Positions 1 through 10,198 of a stretch of 38,742 nucleotides of DNA are shown piece after piece (position 1 is the stretch's first letter; every line of letters begins with the position of its first letter). The notes under the pieces are model-generated. The model did not search any database and had not been told where the DNA came from. It worked only from the letters and a program-made list of their open reading frames with translations. The stretch is from Enterobacteria phage Sf101, in sequence record KJ832078. The stretch is one strand, 5' to 3'. The position numbers and the translations under genes are program-made.

Positions 1-429
1 ATGAATATGGCGACTGAACCAAAAGCTGGTCGCCCCTCTGATTATATGCCGGAGGTGGCTGACGATATCTGCTCGTTGCTTTCTTCTGGCGAAAGTTTGC
101 TGAAAGTATGTAAGCGTCCTGGTATGCCGGATAAGTCCACTGTTTTCCGCTGGTTGGCAAAGCATGAGGATTTTCGCGACAAGTACGCGAAGGCAACTGA
201 GGCACGAGCTGATTCTATTTTCGAAGAGATATTCGAAATTGCTGACAATGCGATTCCAGATGCTGCTGAGGTGGCAAAGGCAAGACTTCGCGTTGATACC
301 CGCAAATGGGCGCTGGCCCGAATGAATCCCCGTAAGTATGGCGACAAGGTAACTAACGAGCTTGTCGGTAAGGACGGCGGCGCAATTCAGATTGAAACAT
401 CACCGATGAGCACTCTATTCGGAAAATGA
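1..429 (+). CDS. Terminase small subunit (Sf6 gp1-like)
   Basis: 142-aa ORF at window start; translation (MATEPKAGRPSDYMPEVAD...) matches the Sf6-type small terminase as I recall it; ATGA overlap with the next gene at 426-429. True start may be the ATG at 7. Confidence 0.8.
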   Translation: MNMATEPKAGRPSDYMPEVADDICSLLSSGESLLKVCKRPGMPDKSTVFRWLAKHEDFRDKYAKATEARADSIFEEIFEIADNAIPDAAEVAKARLRVDTRKWALARMNPRKYGDKVTNELVGKDGGAIQIETSPMSTLFGK

Positions 430-1841
430 CCTCGATTAATCCTATCTTTGAACCGTTCATTGAGGCGCATCGCTACAAAGTCGCCAAAGGCGGTCGAGGT
501 AGCGGAAAGTCTTGGGCAATTGCGAGGCTGCTTGTTGAAGCGGCGCGTCGGCAGCCTGTGCGTATTCTCTGCGCTCGTGAACTGCAAAACAGTATCAGTG
601 ATTCGGTAATCCGGTTGCTTGAAGATACCATCGAGCGTGAAGGGTATTCGGCTGAGTTTGAAATTCAGCGTTCAATGATTCGTCATCTCGGAACGAATGC
701 TGAATTCATGTTCTACGGCATCAAAAACAACCCGACGAAGATTAAATCGCTCGAAGGCATTGATATCTGCTGGGTGGAAGAAGCGGAAGCGGTAACGAAG
801 GAATCATGGGATATCCTGATACCAACCATCCGCAAGCCGTTTTCCGAAATATGGGTGAGCTTTAACCCTAAGAACATCCTCGACGATACCTATCAGCGAT
901 TCGTCGTAAATCCTCCTGATGATATTTGTCTGCTGACGGTGAACTACACCGACAACCCGCACTTTCCTGAAGTTCTCCGTCTGGAGATGGAAGAGTGCAA
1001 ACGCAGAAATCCGACACTGTATCGTCACATCTGGCTGGGTGAGCCGGTAAGCGCAAGTGATATGGCAATCATCAAACGTGAATGGCTTGAAGCTGCAACC
1101 GATGCACACAAGAAACTCGGATGGAAAGCGAAAGGCGCTGTTGTTTCTGCACATGACCCGTCAGATACAGGGCCAGATGCTAAAGGTTACGCATCGCGCC
1201 ACGGCTCGGTAGTTAAGCGCATTGCCGAAGGTCTGCTGATGGACATCAACGATGGTGCTGACTGGGCTACTTCGCTGGCGATTGAAGACGGCGCTGACCA
1301 CTACCTGTGGGATGGTGATGGTGTTGGTGCCGGGCTACGCAGACAGACAACGGAAGCGTTCTCCGGCAAGAAAATCACCGCCACGATGTTCAAGGGCAGC
1401 GAATCGCCATTCGATGAAGATGCACCGTATCAGGCCGGAGCATGGGCCGATGAAGTCGTACAGGGCGACAACGTTCGCACTATTGGCGATGTATTCCGCA
1501 ATAAGCGAGCGCAATTCTATTACGCGCTGGCTGACAGGCTGTATCTGACATATCGGGCGGTTGTTCATGGTGAGTATGCAGACCCCGACGACATGCTGAG
1601 TTTCGACAAAGAAGCGATAGGCGAGAAGATGCTGGAGAAGCTGTTTGCAGAACTGACGCAGATTCAGCGCAAATTCAATAACAACGGGAAGCTGGAGCTA
1701 ATGACTAAGGTCGAAATGAAGCAGAAGCTCGGTATTCCATCTCCTAACCTGGCTGATGCGCTGATGATGTGTATGCATTGCCCGGAGTCGGCTGCGCAAC
1801 CCGACTATTCCAGTTACTCAATTCCTTGTGGTGTAGGTTGA
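426..1841 (+). CDS. Terminase large subunit
   Basis: 471 aa; N-terminal Walker-A-like VAKGGRGSGKS; position directly after terS and before portal; start overlaps the terS stop. Confidence 0.9.
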   Translation: MTSINPIFEPFIEAHRYKVAKGGRGSGKSWAIARLLVEAARRQPVRILCARELQNSISDSVIRLLEDTIEREGYSAEFEIQRSMIRHLGTNAEFMFYGIKNNPTKIKSLEGIDICWVEEAEAVTKESWDILIPTIRKPFSEIWVSFNPKNILDDTYQRFVVNPPDDICLLTVNYTDNPHFPEVLRLEMEECKRRNPTLYRHIWLGEPVSASDMAIIKREWLEAATDAHKKLGWKAKGAVVSAHDPSDTGPDAKGYASRHGSVVKRIAEGLLMDINDGADWATSLAIEDGADHYLWDGDGVGAGLRRQTTEAFSGKKITATMFKGSESPFDEDAPYQAGAWADEVVQGDNVRTIGDVFRNKRAQFYYALADRLYLTYRAVVHGEYADPDDMLSFDKEAIGEKMLEKLFAELTQIQRKFNNNGKLELMTKVEMKQKLGIPSPNLADALMMCMHCPESAAQPDYSSYSIPCGVG

Positions 1842-1842
1842 T

Positions 1843-4041
1843 ATGGCAGAAAAAAAGATGACTGACTGGCATCGCAAGGTGCTGTGCAACTTTGATAATG
1901 CCTGGTCAGCAACGCAGGATATGCGTGAGCAGATTATTGAGGCTCAACGTTTCGTCCGGGTGTCCGGCGCACAGTGGGAAGGCAGCACAAACGCTGGTTA
2001 CTCATTTGATGAAGGCAGGTTTGAGCATTACCCGCGCTTTGAACTGAATAAGATTGCCCGTGAATGTGATCGCATCATTGGCGAGTATCGACAGAATCGC
2101 ATCAGCGTTAAATTCAGACCGAAGGACGATAAGGCATCGGAAGCGTTAGCCGAAAAGATGAACGGCAAATTCCGCGCTGATTATCAGGAAACATCCGGTG
2201 GCGAAGCGTGTGATAACGCATTTGATGATGCTGTAACGGGCGGATTTGGTTGTTTCCGCATGTGTGCCGATTACGAAGATGAAATGGATCCGAGTAACGA
2301 GCAGCGACGCATCAGCCTTCTTCCTGTTTACGACCCAGCGACATGCGTCTTCTTCGATCAGGACAGCAAGCAATATGACCGTTCTGATGCTATGTGGGCT
2401 ATGGAAATGTTCTCCATGACGCCTAAAGCGTTCGAGGCTGAATACCCTGATTCCATCGCGGCAGGCCTTTCTCGTGATGACACTGGCACTCAATATGACT
2501 GGTCAACGCCAGATGCCATCTATGTTGGGCGCTACTACGAAGTTCGCATAGAGAAGGTGAAGCTCACGGCATGGCGCAACCCTGTTAGCGGAGAAACGGC
2601 AATCTATGATGAAGATCAAATCAAAGATATTGTCGACGAGCTGACCGATGGCGCATTCGAACTGATTGGCGAGCGGACAGTGAAGAAACGCCGCGTTTAT
2701 TGCGGTCTTCTGTCTGGCGCTGAATGGCTGGAAGAACCGAAGCGTATTCCGGGTGAACATATTCCTCTCATCCCGGTATATGGGCGTCGTTCATTTGTTG
2801 ATAATCAGGAGAGAATCGAAGGCCACGCAGCAAAAGCGATGGATGCACAGCGTCTTGAGAACCTGATGGTTTCCATGATTGCAGATAACGCTACTCAGGC
2901 TGGCGGTGATGGCATTCCTGTAGTTGATGTTGACATGATTCCTGGTCCTCTCGCCACTCATTGGGCGGAGCGCAACAAAAAGCGCCCGGCGTTCCTGCCG
3001 ATGGTCAGTCTGAAAAACAAAAACGGAGATATTACTGCGCAGGCTCAGGTCAGCAGTTATACGCCTCCGACACAAATGCCTCCAGCTCTTGCCGGGCTAT
3101 TGCAGTACACCGGAACGGCTATTCAGCAAATTACAGGTGCGTCGCAGCTTGAGAACATGCCGAGCAACGTCGCCACCGATACCGTTGATAGCATCTTTAA
3201 CCGGATGGATACGCAGTCCTATATCTACATGGACAACATGGCTAAATCCATGCGTCGCGCTGGCGTTGTGTGGCTTTCTATGGCGCGTGAGGTCTATGGC
3301 AGTGATACGCCGATGCGTATCGTTAATGAGGACGGCAGCGATGACGTGGCGCTGATGACTGGTGAAGTGGTTGACCGTCAGACAGGGCAGGTTATCGCGC
3401 TTAATGACCTTTCGCAGGGCAACTATGAAGTGACTGTCGATGTCGGTCAGTCGTTCGCTACTCGCCGTGATGCAACGGTTAAGTCGTTACTTTCCATGCT
3501 GGCACTTATCCCACCAGGAACGCCGAAGCACGACCTTGTATCGTCGATGATTCTCGACAATATGGACGGCGAAGGGATGGACGACCTTAAAGAATACAAC
3601 CGCAATCAGTTGCTTCTGTCTGGAGTTATCAAGCCGAGAACACCAGAAGAACAGAAGATGGTTGAGCAGGCGAAACAACAACAGGCCAGTCAGCCAGATC
3701 CGGCTATGGTTGCTGCGCAAGGTCAGCTTCTTGCTGGTCAGGCTGAATTGCAGAAAGCGCAGAACGAACAGGCAGCCATTCAGGTTAAAGCATTCCAGGC
3801 ACAGACTGATGCTCAGGTTGCAGCGGCAAATGTTGTGAAAATACTCGCATCTGCCGATAGTCAGCAGAAATCTGATATCCGCGAGGCTCTGAAACTGCTC
3901 GGACAGTTCCAGCAACAGCAAGGAGACAATGCCCGTGCTGATGCAGAGCTTGTCCTGAAAAGTCAGGCACAGGGTCATGCGCAGCGCATGGACATCAGCA
4001 GCATCCTGCAAAAATCAACTCAGCAACAACCACAGCAGTAA
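1843..4041 (+). CDS. Portal protein (P22 gp1 / Sf6 gp3-like)
   Basis: 732 aa, size and position typical of P22-like portal; Q-rich C-terminal helical barrel region (QQQASQPDPAMVAAQGQLLAGQAELQKAQNEQ...). Confidence 0.85.
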   Translation: MAEKKMTDWHRKVLCNFDNAWSATQDMREQIIEAQRFVRVSGAQWEGSTNAGYSFDEGRFEHYPRFELNKIARECDRIIGEYRQNRISVKFRPKDDKASEALAEKMNGKFRADYQETSGGEACDNAFDDAVTGGFGCFRMCADYEDEMDPSNEQRRISLLPVYDPATCVFFDQDSKQYDRSDAMWAMEMFSMTPKAFEAEYPDSIAAGLSRDDTGTQYDWSTPDAIYVGRYYEVRIEKVKLTAWRNPVSGETAIYDEDQIKDIVDELTDGAFELIGERTVKKRRVYCGLLSGAEWLEEPKRIPGEHIPLIPVYGRRSFVDNQERIEGHAAKAMDAQRLENLMVSMIADNATQAGGDGIPVVDVDMIPGPLATHWAERNKKRPAFLPMVSLKNKNGDITAQAQVSSYTPPTQMPPALAGLLQYTGTAIQQITGASQLENMPSNVATDTVDSIFNRMDTQSYIYMDNMAKSMRRAGVVWLSMAREVYGSDTPMRIVNEDGSDDVALMTGEVVDRQTGQVIALNDLSQGNYEVTVDVGQSFATRRDATVKSLLSMLALIPPGTPKHDLVSSMILDNMDGEGMDDLKEYNRNQLLLSGVIKPRTPEEQKMVEQAKQQQASQPDPAMVAAQGQLLAGQAELQKAQNEQAAIQVKAFQAQTDAQVAAANVVKILASADSQQKSDIREALKLLGQFQQQQGDNARADAELVLKSQAQGHAQRMDISSILQKSTQQQPQQ

Positions 4042-4131
4042 TTAACCCATAACGTGCAATGGCTGTCTTTATGAGGCCTGGCACCCTATTGCCTTCCGAT
4101 GGGCTGAACATCGAGTAAACAGGGGTAACAA

Positions 4132-5025
4132 ATGGACCAGATGGCAGAAAACACACCAGAAGTTGAAATCGAAACCGACGCGTCAGAGCAGATTCCTGAT
4201 GATGTCGAACTGGCTGAAGAAGTCGAAACAGAAGATGGCAGTGAGTCCTCCGGCAATGATGTAGAGGAAGATACTGAAACTGATGCCGACGAATCAGAAC
4301 AGGAATTCTACTTTGGTGACGAAAAGCTGGATTCGCCAACCAGCGAAGATGGCGCAGAGCATGGACTGGTAAAACACCTGCGCAAGACGATTAAAGAGAA
4401 AGACCGTGAGCTGAAAGAGCTGATGCGTCAGTCTCAGAAACCCGTCGAGCAGCAGCCGGTAATCACTCAACCACCGCGAATGCCAAAACTGGATGATGAG
4501 GACATCGGTTTCGATGAAGAAATCTACCAGCAACGCATGGCTAAGTGGGCAGAGGATAACGGCAAGTACCAGCAACAGGAGATGGCTCGCAAGCAGAAGG
4601 AGCAGGAGCTTCAGGCTGCCTATCAAGAGCGATTATCCAAATATCAGCAACGTGTTAAGGCTCTCAAAGTACCTGGCTATCAGGAAGCTGAGCAGGCCGT
4701 ACTCGAGGAAATCCCCATCGAGACACAAAACGCGATCTTGTTTGAGTCAGAGAAGCCGGAAATCGTTGTTCTGGCACTCGGCCGCAACGCTGAACTGCGC
4801 AAGCAACTGGCAGAAGCTACCAACCCCGTAGCAATTGGTCGTCTGCTGGAACGTATCGAATCGAAGGCCAGAATCATGCCAAAAGCAAAAACCACGGCAG
4901 CCACAACCCCGACAGTTAAGGGGAGCAACGGCGCAGTAATCAACAACCTCGACAAACTGAAAGCCAAGGCGCTGGAAACTGGTGACTGGACGCCGTATTT
5001 CGCCGCTAAAAAGGCAAAAAAATAA
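4132..5025 (+). CDS. Scaffolding protein
   Basis: 297 aa between portal and coat; strongly acidic N-terminal third, helical charged body, basic C-terminus (AAKKAKK) as in P22-like scaffolds. Confidence 0.65.
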   Translation: MDQMAENTPEVEIETDASEQIPDDVELAEEVETEDGSESSGNDVEEDTETDADESEQEFYFGDEKLDSPTSEDGAEHGLVKHLRKTIKEKDRELKELMRQSQKPVEQQPVITQPPRMPKLDDEDIGFDEEIYQQRMAKWAEDNGKYQQQEMARKQKEQELQAAYQERLSKYQQRVKALKVPGYQEAEQAVLEEIPIETQNAILFESEKPEIVVLALGRNAELRKQLAEATNPVAIGRLLERIESKARIMPKAKTTAATTPTVKGSNGAVINNLDKLKAKALETGDWTPYFAAKKAKK

Positions 5026-5043
5026 CCTATCGGAGCATTAAGC

Positions 5044-6297
5044 ATGGCTAACCAATTAGCAAAAGACCTTGAAATCATGTTCGAAAACTACGTTGAAGGC
5101 TTTGAGGCCGCCTGCGTAGTTTCCCGTAACGCTAAAAAATTCCGTCCCGGTGATACAGCAATGCAGCGAGCAGGTGATGTTCTGTATCGTCCGCAGCATT
5201 ACCACATGAACATTGAGGAAGGCCTCGACCTCAGCAGCAAAACGCCAACAGCACTGGTTCAGCGCCTTGTTCCTTCTGTGTTCAAGGAGCCGAAAAACAT
5301 TCTGTACACTCTGGATGCGCGTGAAATGCGTGACCCGGAACATAAAACTGAAGCTGGTCGAGCCGCAGGTATGCGCCTTGCTGCACAGATTGACTCTGAC
5401 CTGATTTCCATGGTCACGCAGCGTGCTACTAACGTGATCACAATGGCTGACTCAACCACTGGTTCACAGGGCCGTGATTTGTGGAACTGTGCGGCAGGTA
5501 TTGATGCCACCATGACGGCGATTGGTGTACCACAGGGTATCAACCGCCGCTCTTTCTGGAACCCCTTCAACTACAAAGACCTTGCTGGCGAGCTTGGTCA
5601 CCGTGCCTATGCTCAGGGCGCAACCCTGACAGCATACGAAAAAGCGCAGATCCCTCCGGTTGCGTCCTTCGATAGCTACAAGACGGATATTTCTGGTCGT
5701 GTTCCGAAGGGTACAGCAACTTCCCTGACGCTGGCGGCTGAACCTGCGCACAAGGTTGAAGCGAAAGATGCCAACGATATGCCAGTGGATAACCGACAGG
5801 GGACTATTACGGTATCTGCATCTGGGTTGCAGGTTGGCGATGCGTTCACCATTGCTGGCGTGAATTCTGTACACCAGATCACCAAAGACACCACCGGGCA
5901 GCCGCAGGTATTCCGCGTTCTGGCAGTAAGCGGAACGACAGTAACTATCTCCCCGAAAATTCTGCCGCCTGACAACGCGGATGTCGCCAGCCGACCATAT
6001 GCAAACGTTGATGCTAACGCGGCAAATGGTGCAGCAATTACCATTCTCAACAAAAATGCCGCACCGGCTAACCTGTTCTGGGCTGATGGTTCTGTTGAAC
6101 TGATGTACGGCAAACTGGCGTTCCCAACTGGTCAGGGTCCACAGGTAATGACGGCAACCACCGAGCAGGGCGCTACGCTGATCATGTCTTACGCCTTCGA
6201 CCACATCAAAGGCGTAACCACTGCGCGTTTCACCACTCTGTACGGTTGCTCTGTACTGGTTCCTGAATATACGGGCATCGTTATTGCCGGGCAGTAA
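5044..6297 (+). CDS. Major capsid (coat) protein
   Basis: 417 aa; GGAG RBS upstream at 5032-5035; position after scaffold; size matches P22/Sf6 coat proteins. Confidence 0.85.
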   Translation: MANQLAKDLEIMFENYVEGFEAACVVSRNAKKFRPGDTAMQRAGDVLYRPQHYHMNIEEGLDLSSKTPTALVQRLVPSVFKEPKNILYTLDAREMRDPEHKTEAGRAAGMRLAAQIDSDLISMVTQRATNVITMADSTTGSQGRDLWNCAAGIDATMTAIGVPQGINRRSFWNPFNYKDLAGELGHRAYAQGATLTAYEKAQIPPVASFDSYKTDISGRVPKGTATSLTLAAEPAHKVEAKDANDMPVDNRQGTITVSASGLQVGDAFTIAGVNSVHQITKDTTGQPQVFRVLAVSGTTVTISPKILPPDNADVASRPYANVDANAANGAAITILNKNAAPANLFWADGSVELMYGKLAFPTGQGPQVMTATTEQGATLIMSYAFDHIKGVTTARFTTLYGCSVLVPEYTGIVIAGQ

Positions 6298-6304
6298 TTT
6301 TGGT

Positions 6305-6326
6305 GGGGCTTCGGCCCCATTTTTAT
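6305..6326 (+). terminator. Rho-independent terminator/attenuator after coat gene
   Basis: GGGGC-TTCG-GCCCC hairpin (6305-6318) followed by ATTTTTATT. Confidence 0.5.
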
Positions 6327-6338
6327 TGGGAGAAGACA

Positions 6339-6527
6339 ATGGCACGAACAATGCTCTATAAGCCTGGCAACATGATCACCTGTGGTCAGTTTGCTGTCGA
6401 TTACATCATTGTTGATGACGAAGAAGTTAAATCTCACCTGAAAAAAGGTTGGGTAAAAACTCCTGAAGAAACCGCAACGAAGCAAAAAGTGGCTAAGGCG
6501 GAAGAAGATGGCGAAAACGAAGGGTGA
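6339..6527 (+). CDS. Small hypothetical virion-module protein
   Basis: ORF-track 6300..6527; internal ATG at 6339 is preceded by GGGAGAAG RBS; 3' end overlaps the next gene. Confidence 0.45.
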   Translation: MARTMLYKPGNMITCGQFAVDYIIVDDEEVKSHLKKGWVKTPEETATKQKVAKAEEDGENEG

Positions 6528-6969
6528 TCTCGTTCTAAAGGCTTTACGAAAAGCCGGGCTGTATTCCAATGCCACGTTGACAGATGCTGACCCTCAGGCA
6601 ATTGAAGATGCCATTAATGACCTCGAAGACATGATGGCAGCATGGCAGGCGAAAGGTATCGAGCTTGGGTATCAGTTTGCTGATACAGAAAACGGCATCA
6701 TGCCGTTACCTGACGATGATTCAGGTATCCCTGCATGGGCAAATGATGGCGTCGCTTTGAAACTCGCTGTGCAAGTGTGCATGGATAACGTCATTCAGCC
6801 GTCAGACGCTCTCCTTACTGCTGCTGACTGTGCATATCAGACAATCTGTATCGCTTTAACCAAAATACCACCACTTGAGCGGCGAAATGACATGCCTCGC
6901 GGTAGTGGTAACAAAAGCGCGTTTACGTGGAATCGGTTTTACATCGAGAAAGATGATCCGAGTACGTGA
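6508..6969 (+). CDS. Head completion / portal-closure protein (P22 gp4-like)
   Basis: 153 aa; N-terminus (KTKGDLV..ALRK.G..S.ATLTD..PQ...DA..DLE.MMA.W) and C-terminal MP.GSGN motif resemble P22 gp4 as recalled. Confidence 0.8.
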   Translation: MAKTKGDLVLKALRKAGLYSNATLTDADPQAIEDAINDLEDMMAAWQAKGIELGYQFADTENGIMPLPDDDSGIPAWANDGVALKLAVQVCMDNVIQPSDALLTAADCAYQTICIALTKIPPLERRNDMPRGSGNKSAFTWNRFYIEKDDPST

Positions 6970-6978
6970 GGTGAATAA

Positions 6979-8397
6979 ATGCCGATTCAGCAACTTCCGC
7001 TTATGAAAGGTGTCGGCAAAGACTTTCGAAACGCCGACTATATCGACTATCTGCCAGTGAATATGTTGGCTACACCCAAAGAAATCCTGAACAGCAGCGG
7101 ATATCTTCGCTCATTCCCGGGCATTGCCAAACGTTCTGATGTGAATGGTGTATCGCGCGGTGTCGAGTACAACATGGCGCAGAGTGCTGTTTATCGCGTG
7201 TGTGGTGGGAAGCTCTACAAAGGCGAAAGCGAAGTCGGTGACGTCGCTGGAAGTGGTCGCGTATCAATGGCGCATGGTCGAACATCTCAGGCTGTAGGCG
7301 TTAATGGTCAACTGGTCGAGTATCGCTATGATGGCACGGTTAAAACAGTCTCAAACTGGCCTACTGATAGCGGATTCACTCAGTATGAGTTAGGCTCAGT
7401 CCGCGATATTACGCGCTTGCGTGGGCGTTATGCGTGGTCAAAAGACGGCACTGATTCATGGTTTATCACTGACCTTGAAGACGAATCGCATCCTGACCGT
7501 TACAGCGCACAATATCGCGCAGAATCGCAGCCGGACGGCATCATCGGCATCGGAACATGGCGAGACTTCATCGTCTGCTTTGGCTCATCGACGATAGAAT
7601 ATTTCTCCCTGACGGGCGCAACCACTGTTGGTGCCGCTTTGTATGTCGCCCAGCCATCGTTGATGGTGCAAAAAGGAATCGCCGGAACCTACTGCAAAAC
7701 GCCGTTTGCTGATTCGTATGCGTTCATCAACAATCCGGCAACAGGTGCGCCGTCTGTTTACATCATCGGCTCCGGTCAGGTATCACCAATCGCCAGCGCG
7801 AGCATTGAGAAAATACTACGCTCCTACACTGCTGATGAACTGGCTGATGGCGTGATGGAGTCTCTGCGATTTGATGCTCATGAGTTGCTGATTATCCACC
7901 TTCCGCGCCACGTCCTCGTGTACGACGCATCTTCAAGCGCCAATGGTCCTCAATGGTGTGTGTTGAAAACAGGCCTGTATGACGATGTGTACCGCGCTAT
8001 CGACTTCATTTACGAAGGCAATCAGATAACGTGCGGCGATAAGCTGGAATCTGTTACCGGGAAACTGCAATTCGACATCAGCAGCCAGTACGACAAGCAA
8101 CAGGAACACCTGCTGTTTACTCCGTTGTTCAAAGCGGATAACGCCAGAGTTTTCGACCTTGAAGTTGAATCGTCAACTGGCGTTGCGCAGTACGCTGACC
8201 GCCTGTTCCTCTCTGCTACCACTGACGGCATAAATTACGGGCGTGAGCAGATGATTGAGCAGAATGAACCGTTCGTTTACGACAAGCGCGTTTTGTGGAA
8301 GCGAGTAGGGCGCATCAGGAAAAATGTCGGTTTCAAATTGCGCGTTATCACGAAGTCACCAGTAACACTATCCGGGTGTCAAATTCGTCTGGAGTAA
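6979..8397 (+). CDS. Head completion protein (P22 gp10-like)
   Basis: 472 aa, same length class and position as P22 gp10; GAGGTG RBS upstream. Confidence 0.75.
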   Translation: MPIQQLPLMKGVGKDFRNADYIDYLPVNMLATPKEILNSSGYLRSFPGIAKRSDVNGVSRGVEYNMAQSAVYRVCGGKLYKGESEVGDVAGSGRVSMAHGRTSQAVGVNGQLVEYRYDGTVKTVSNWPTDSGFTQYELGSVRDITRLRGRYAWSKDGTDSWFITDLEDESHPDRYSAQYRAESQPDGIIGIGTWRDFIVCFGSSTIEYFSLTGATTVGAALYVAQPSLMVQKGIAGTYCKTPFADSYAFINNPATGAPSVYIIGSGQVSPIASASIEKILRSYTADELADGVMESLRFDAHELLIIHLPRHVLVYDASSSANGPQWCVLKTGLYDDVYRAIDFIYEGNQITCGDKLESVTGKLQFDISSQYDKQQEHLLFTPLFKADNARVFDLEVESSTGVAQYADRLFLSATTDGINYGREQMIEQNEPFVYDKRVLWKRVGRIRKNVGFKLRVITKSPVTLSGCQIRLE

Positions 8398-8400
8398 AAT

Positions 8401-9039
8401 ATGGCAGACCCGTCACTTAATAAGCCTGTCGTGGTTCAGGCTACACGCATTGATGCATCTATTCTCCCTCGCAACATATTCAGTCAGTCTTACCTTCTGT
8501 ATGTCATAAATCAGGGTACTGATGTTGGCTCCATTGCAGAAAAGGCAAATCAGGCAGGAGGCGGTGCTTATGATGCGCAGGTCAGAAATGATGAGCAGGA
8601 TGTAATTCTTGATGAGCACGAAAAAAGAATTGCAAAAACAGAAGAGGATATTTCAGGAATAAAAGTAAAGCTTCTTGAAATAGAGAATGATGTTAATGGT
8701 CTGAAAATAAAAGTTCAGGATATCGACGGTAAGGTATCAGAGATAATCGTTGATTATGTTTCACTCAGCAGAGCAGGAACTCAAACTCTTGCCTCATCCC
8801 TTAACGTATCAGGAAGTTATTCTGTTAACGGTACAAAAGTTGTTGGCGCTCGCCAGACTGGATGGACCGCGGCAACAGGTACGGCGAATAAAGGCGTATT
8901 CAATGCTGACCTGACATTCACCGTTAGCGATACTTACACGCAATCTGAAATCCAGGCTATAGCCAATGCTCTAATTGCTGAGCGTCGGCGCACTAAGGCT
9001 TTGGAAGACGCCTTGCGTGCACATGGGTTGATTGATTAA
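8401..9039 (+). CDS. Tail needle / plug protein (P22 gp26-like)
   Basis: 212 aa; central heptad coiled coil ([42 protein letters not shown]); position after the gp10-like gene. Confidence 0.7.
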   Translation: MADPSLNKPVVVQATRIDASILPRNIFSQSYLLYVINQGTDVGSIAEKANQAGGGAYDAQVRNDEQDVILDEHEKRIAKTEEDISGIKVKLLEIENDVNGLKIKVQDIDGKVSEIIVDYVSLSRAGTQTLASSLNVSGSYSVNGTKVVGARQTGWTAATGTANKGVFNADLTFTVSDTYTQSEIQAIANALIAERRRTKALEDALRAHGLID

Positions 9040-9494
9040 TGATTACATTCAAACCAACGCGAAACATCGACCTGATCGAAGCAGTCGGAAATCACCCTGA
9101 CATTATTGCCGGAAGCAACAATGGTGATGGATACGATTACAAGCCTGAATGCCGTTACTTTGAGGTGAACGTGCACGGTCAGTTCGGCGGCATTGTTTAC
9201 TATCAGGAGATTCAGCCGCTGACATTCGATTGCCACGCCATGTACCTGCCAGAGATTCGCGGCTTCAGCAAGGAAATCGGGCTGGCGTTCTGGCGATACA
9301 TTCTGACTAACACCACCGTTCAGTGCGTCACATCGTTCGCCGCACGCAAATTCCGCCACGGGCAGATTTACTGCGCAATGATTGGCCTTAAGCGTGTCGG
9401 AACCATCAAGAAATACTTTAAAGGCGTGGATGACGTGACTTTTTACAGCGCCACACGCGAAGAACTAATCGACTTCCTGAATCACGGGAGATAG
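9039..9494 (+). CDS. Virion assembly protein (P22 gp14-like position)
   Basis: 151 aa; TAATG stop/start overlap with the needle gene; synteny only. Confidence 0.5.
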   Translation: MITFKPTRNIDLIEAVGNHPDIIAGSNNGDGYDYKPECRYFEVNVHGQFGGIVYYQEIQPLTFDCHAMYLPEIRGFSKEIGLAFWRYILTNTTVQCVTSFAARKFRHGQIYCAMIGLKRVGTIKKYFKGVDDVTFYSATREELIDFLNHGR

Positions 9495-9496
9495 CC

Positions 9497-10189
9497 ATGT
9501 TATATGCATTTAAGCTGGGCAGAAAACTGCGCGGCGAGGAACCTTATCGCCCTGAAAAAGGCGGGAAAGGTGGCAGTTCTGATAAAAGCGCAAAGTATGC
9601 AGCAGAAGCTCAGAAGTATGCTGCAGATCTGCAAAATCAGCAGTGGCAGACGATCATGAAAAACCTTGCTCCGTTCACGCCTCTTGCGGAGCAGTATGTT
9701 AACCAGCTTCAGAACCTTTCCAGTTTAGAAGGTCAGGGGCAGGCACTTAATCAGTATTACAACTCTCAGCAGTATAAAGACCTTGCAGGGCAGGCGCGTT
9801 ACCAGAGTCTTGCTGCTGCGGAGGCGACGGGTGGACTTGGTTCGACAGCCACAAGCAATCAACTGGCTACGATCGCGCCGACACTCGGTCAGTCTTGGTT
9901 ATCAAATCAGATGAGCAATTACAACAATCTGGCAAACGTTGGGCTTGGTGCGCTGCAAGGTCAGGCAAACGCCGGGCAGACGTACGCCAACAACATGAGC
10001 AGCATTGCACAGCAAAGCGCAGCTCTTGCCGCTGCTAATGCCAATAAACCATCAAGTCTTCAGACTGCAATTAGCGGTGGCACGTCTGGTGCGATTACCG
10101 GTGCGGGTCTTGCCAGCCTTTTGGGAACATCAACACCTTGGGGCGCTGGAATTGGTGCTGGTATCGGATTGCTTGGCTCGTTGTTTTAA
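9497..10189 (+). CDS. Ejection (internal virion) protein, gp7-like
   Basis: 230 aa, same size as P22 gp7; Gly/Ala-rich hydrophobic C-terminus (GAITGAGLASLLG...GAGIGAGIGLLGSLF) suggesting membrane insertion. Confidence 0.65.
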   Translation: MLYAFKLGRKLRGEEPYRPEKGGKGGSSDKSAKYAAEAQKYAADLQNQQWQTIMKNLAPFTPLAEQYVNQLQNLSSLEGQGQALNQYYNSQQYKDLAGQARYQSLAAAEATGGLGSTATSNQLATIAPTLGQSWLSNQMSNYNNLANVGLGALQGQANAGQTYANNMSSIAQQSAALAAANANKPSSLQTAISGGTSGAITGAGLASLLGTSTPWGAGIGAGIGLLGSLF

Positions 10190-10198
10190 GGGGTAATC

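Noticed and set aside
3487-4011. 174-aa minus-strand ORF inside the portal gene
   Set aside because: Antisense to the portal coding sequence; no RBS or motifs.
5464-6351. 295-aa minus-strand ORF across the coat gene
   Set aside because: Antisense to the major capsid gene; Arg/Cys-rich translation typical of a spurious frame.
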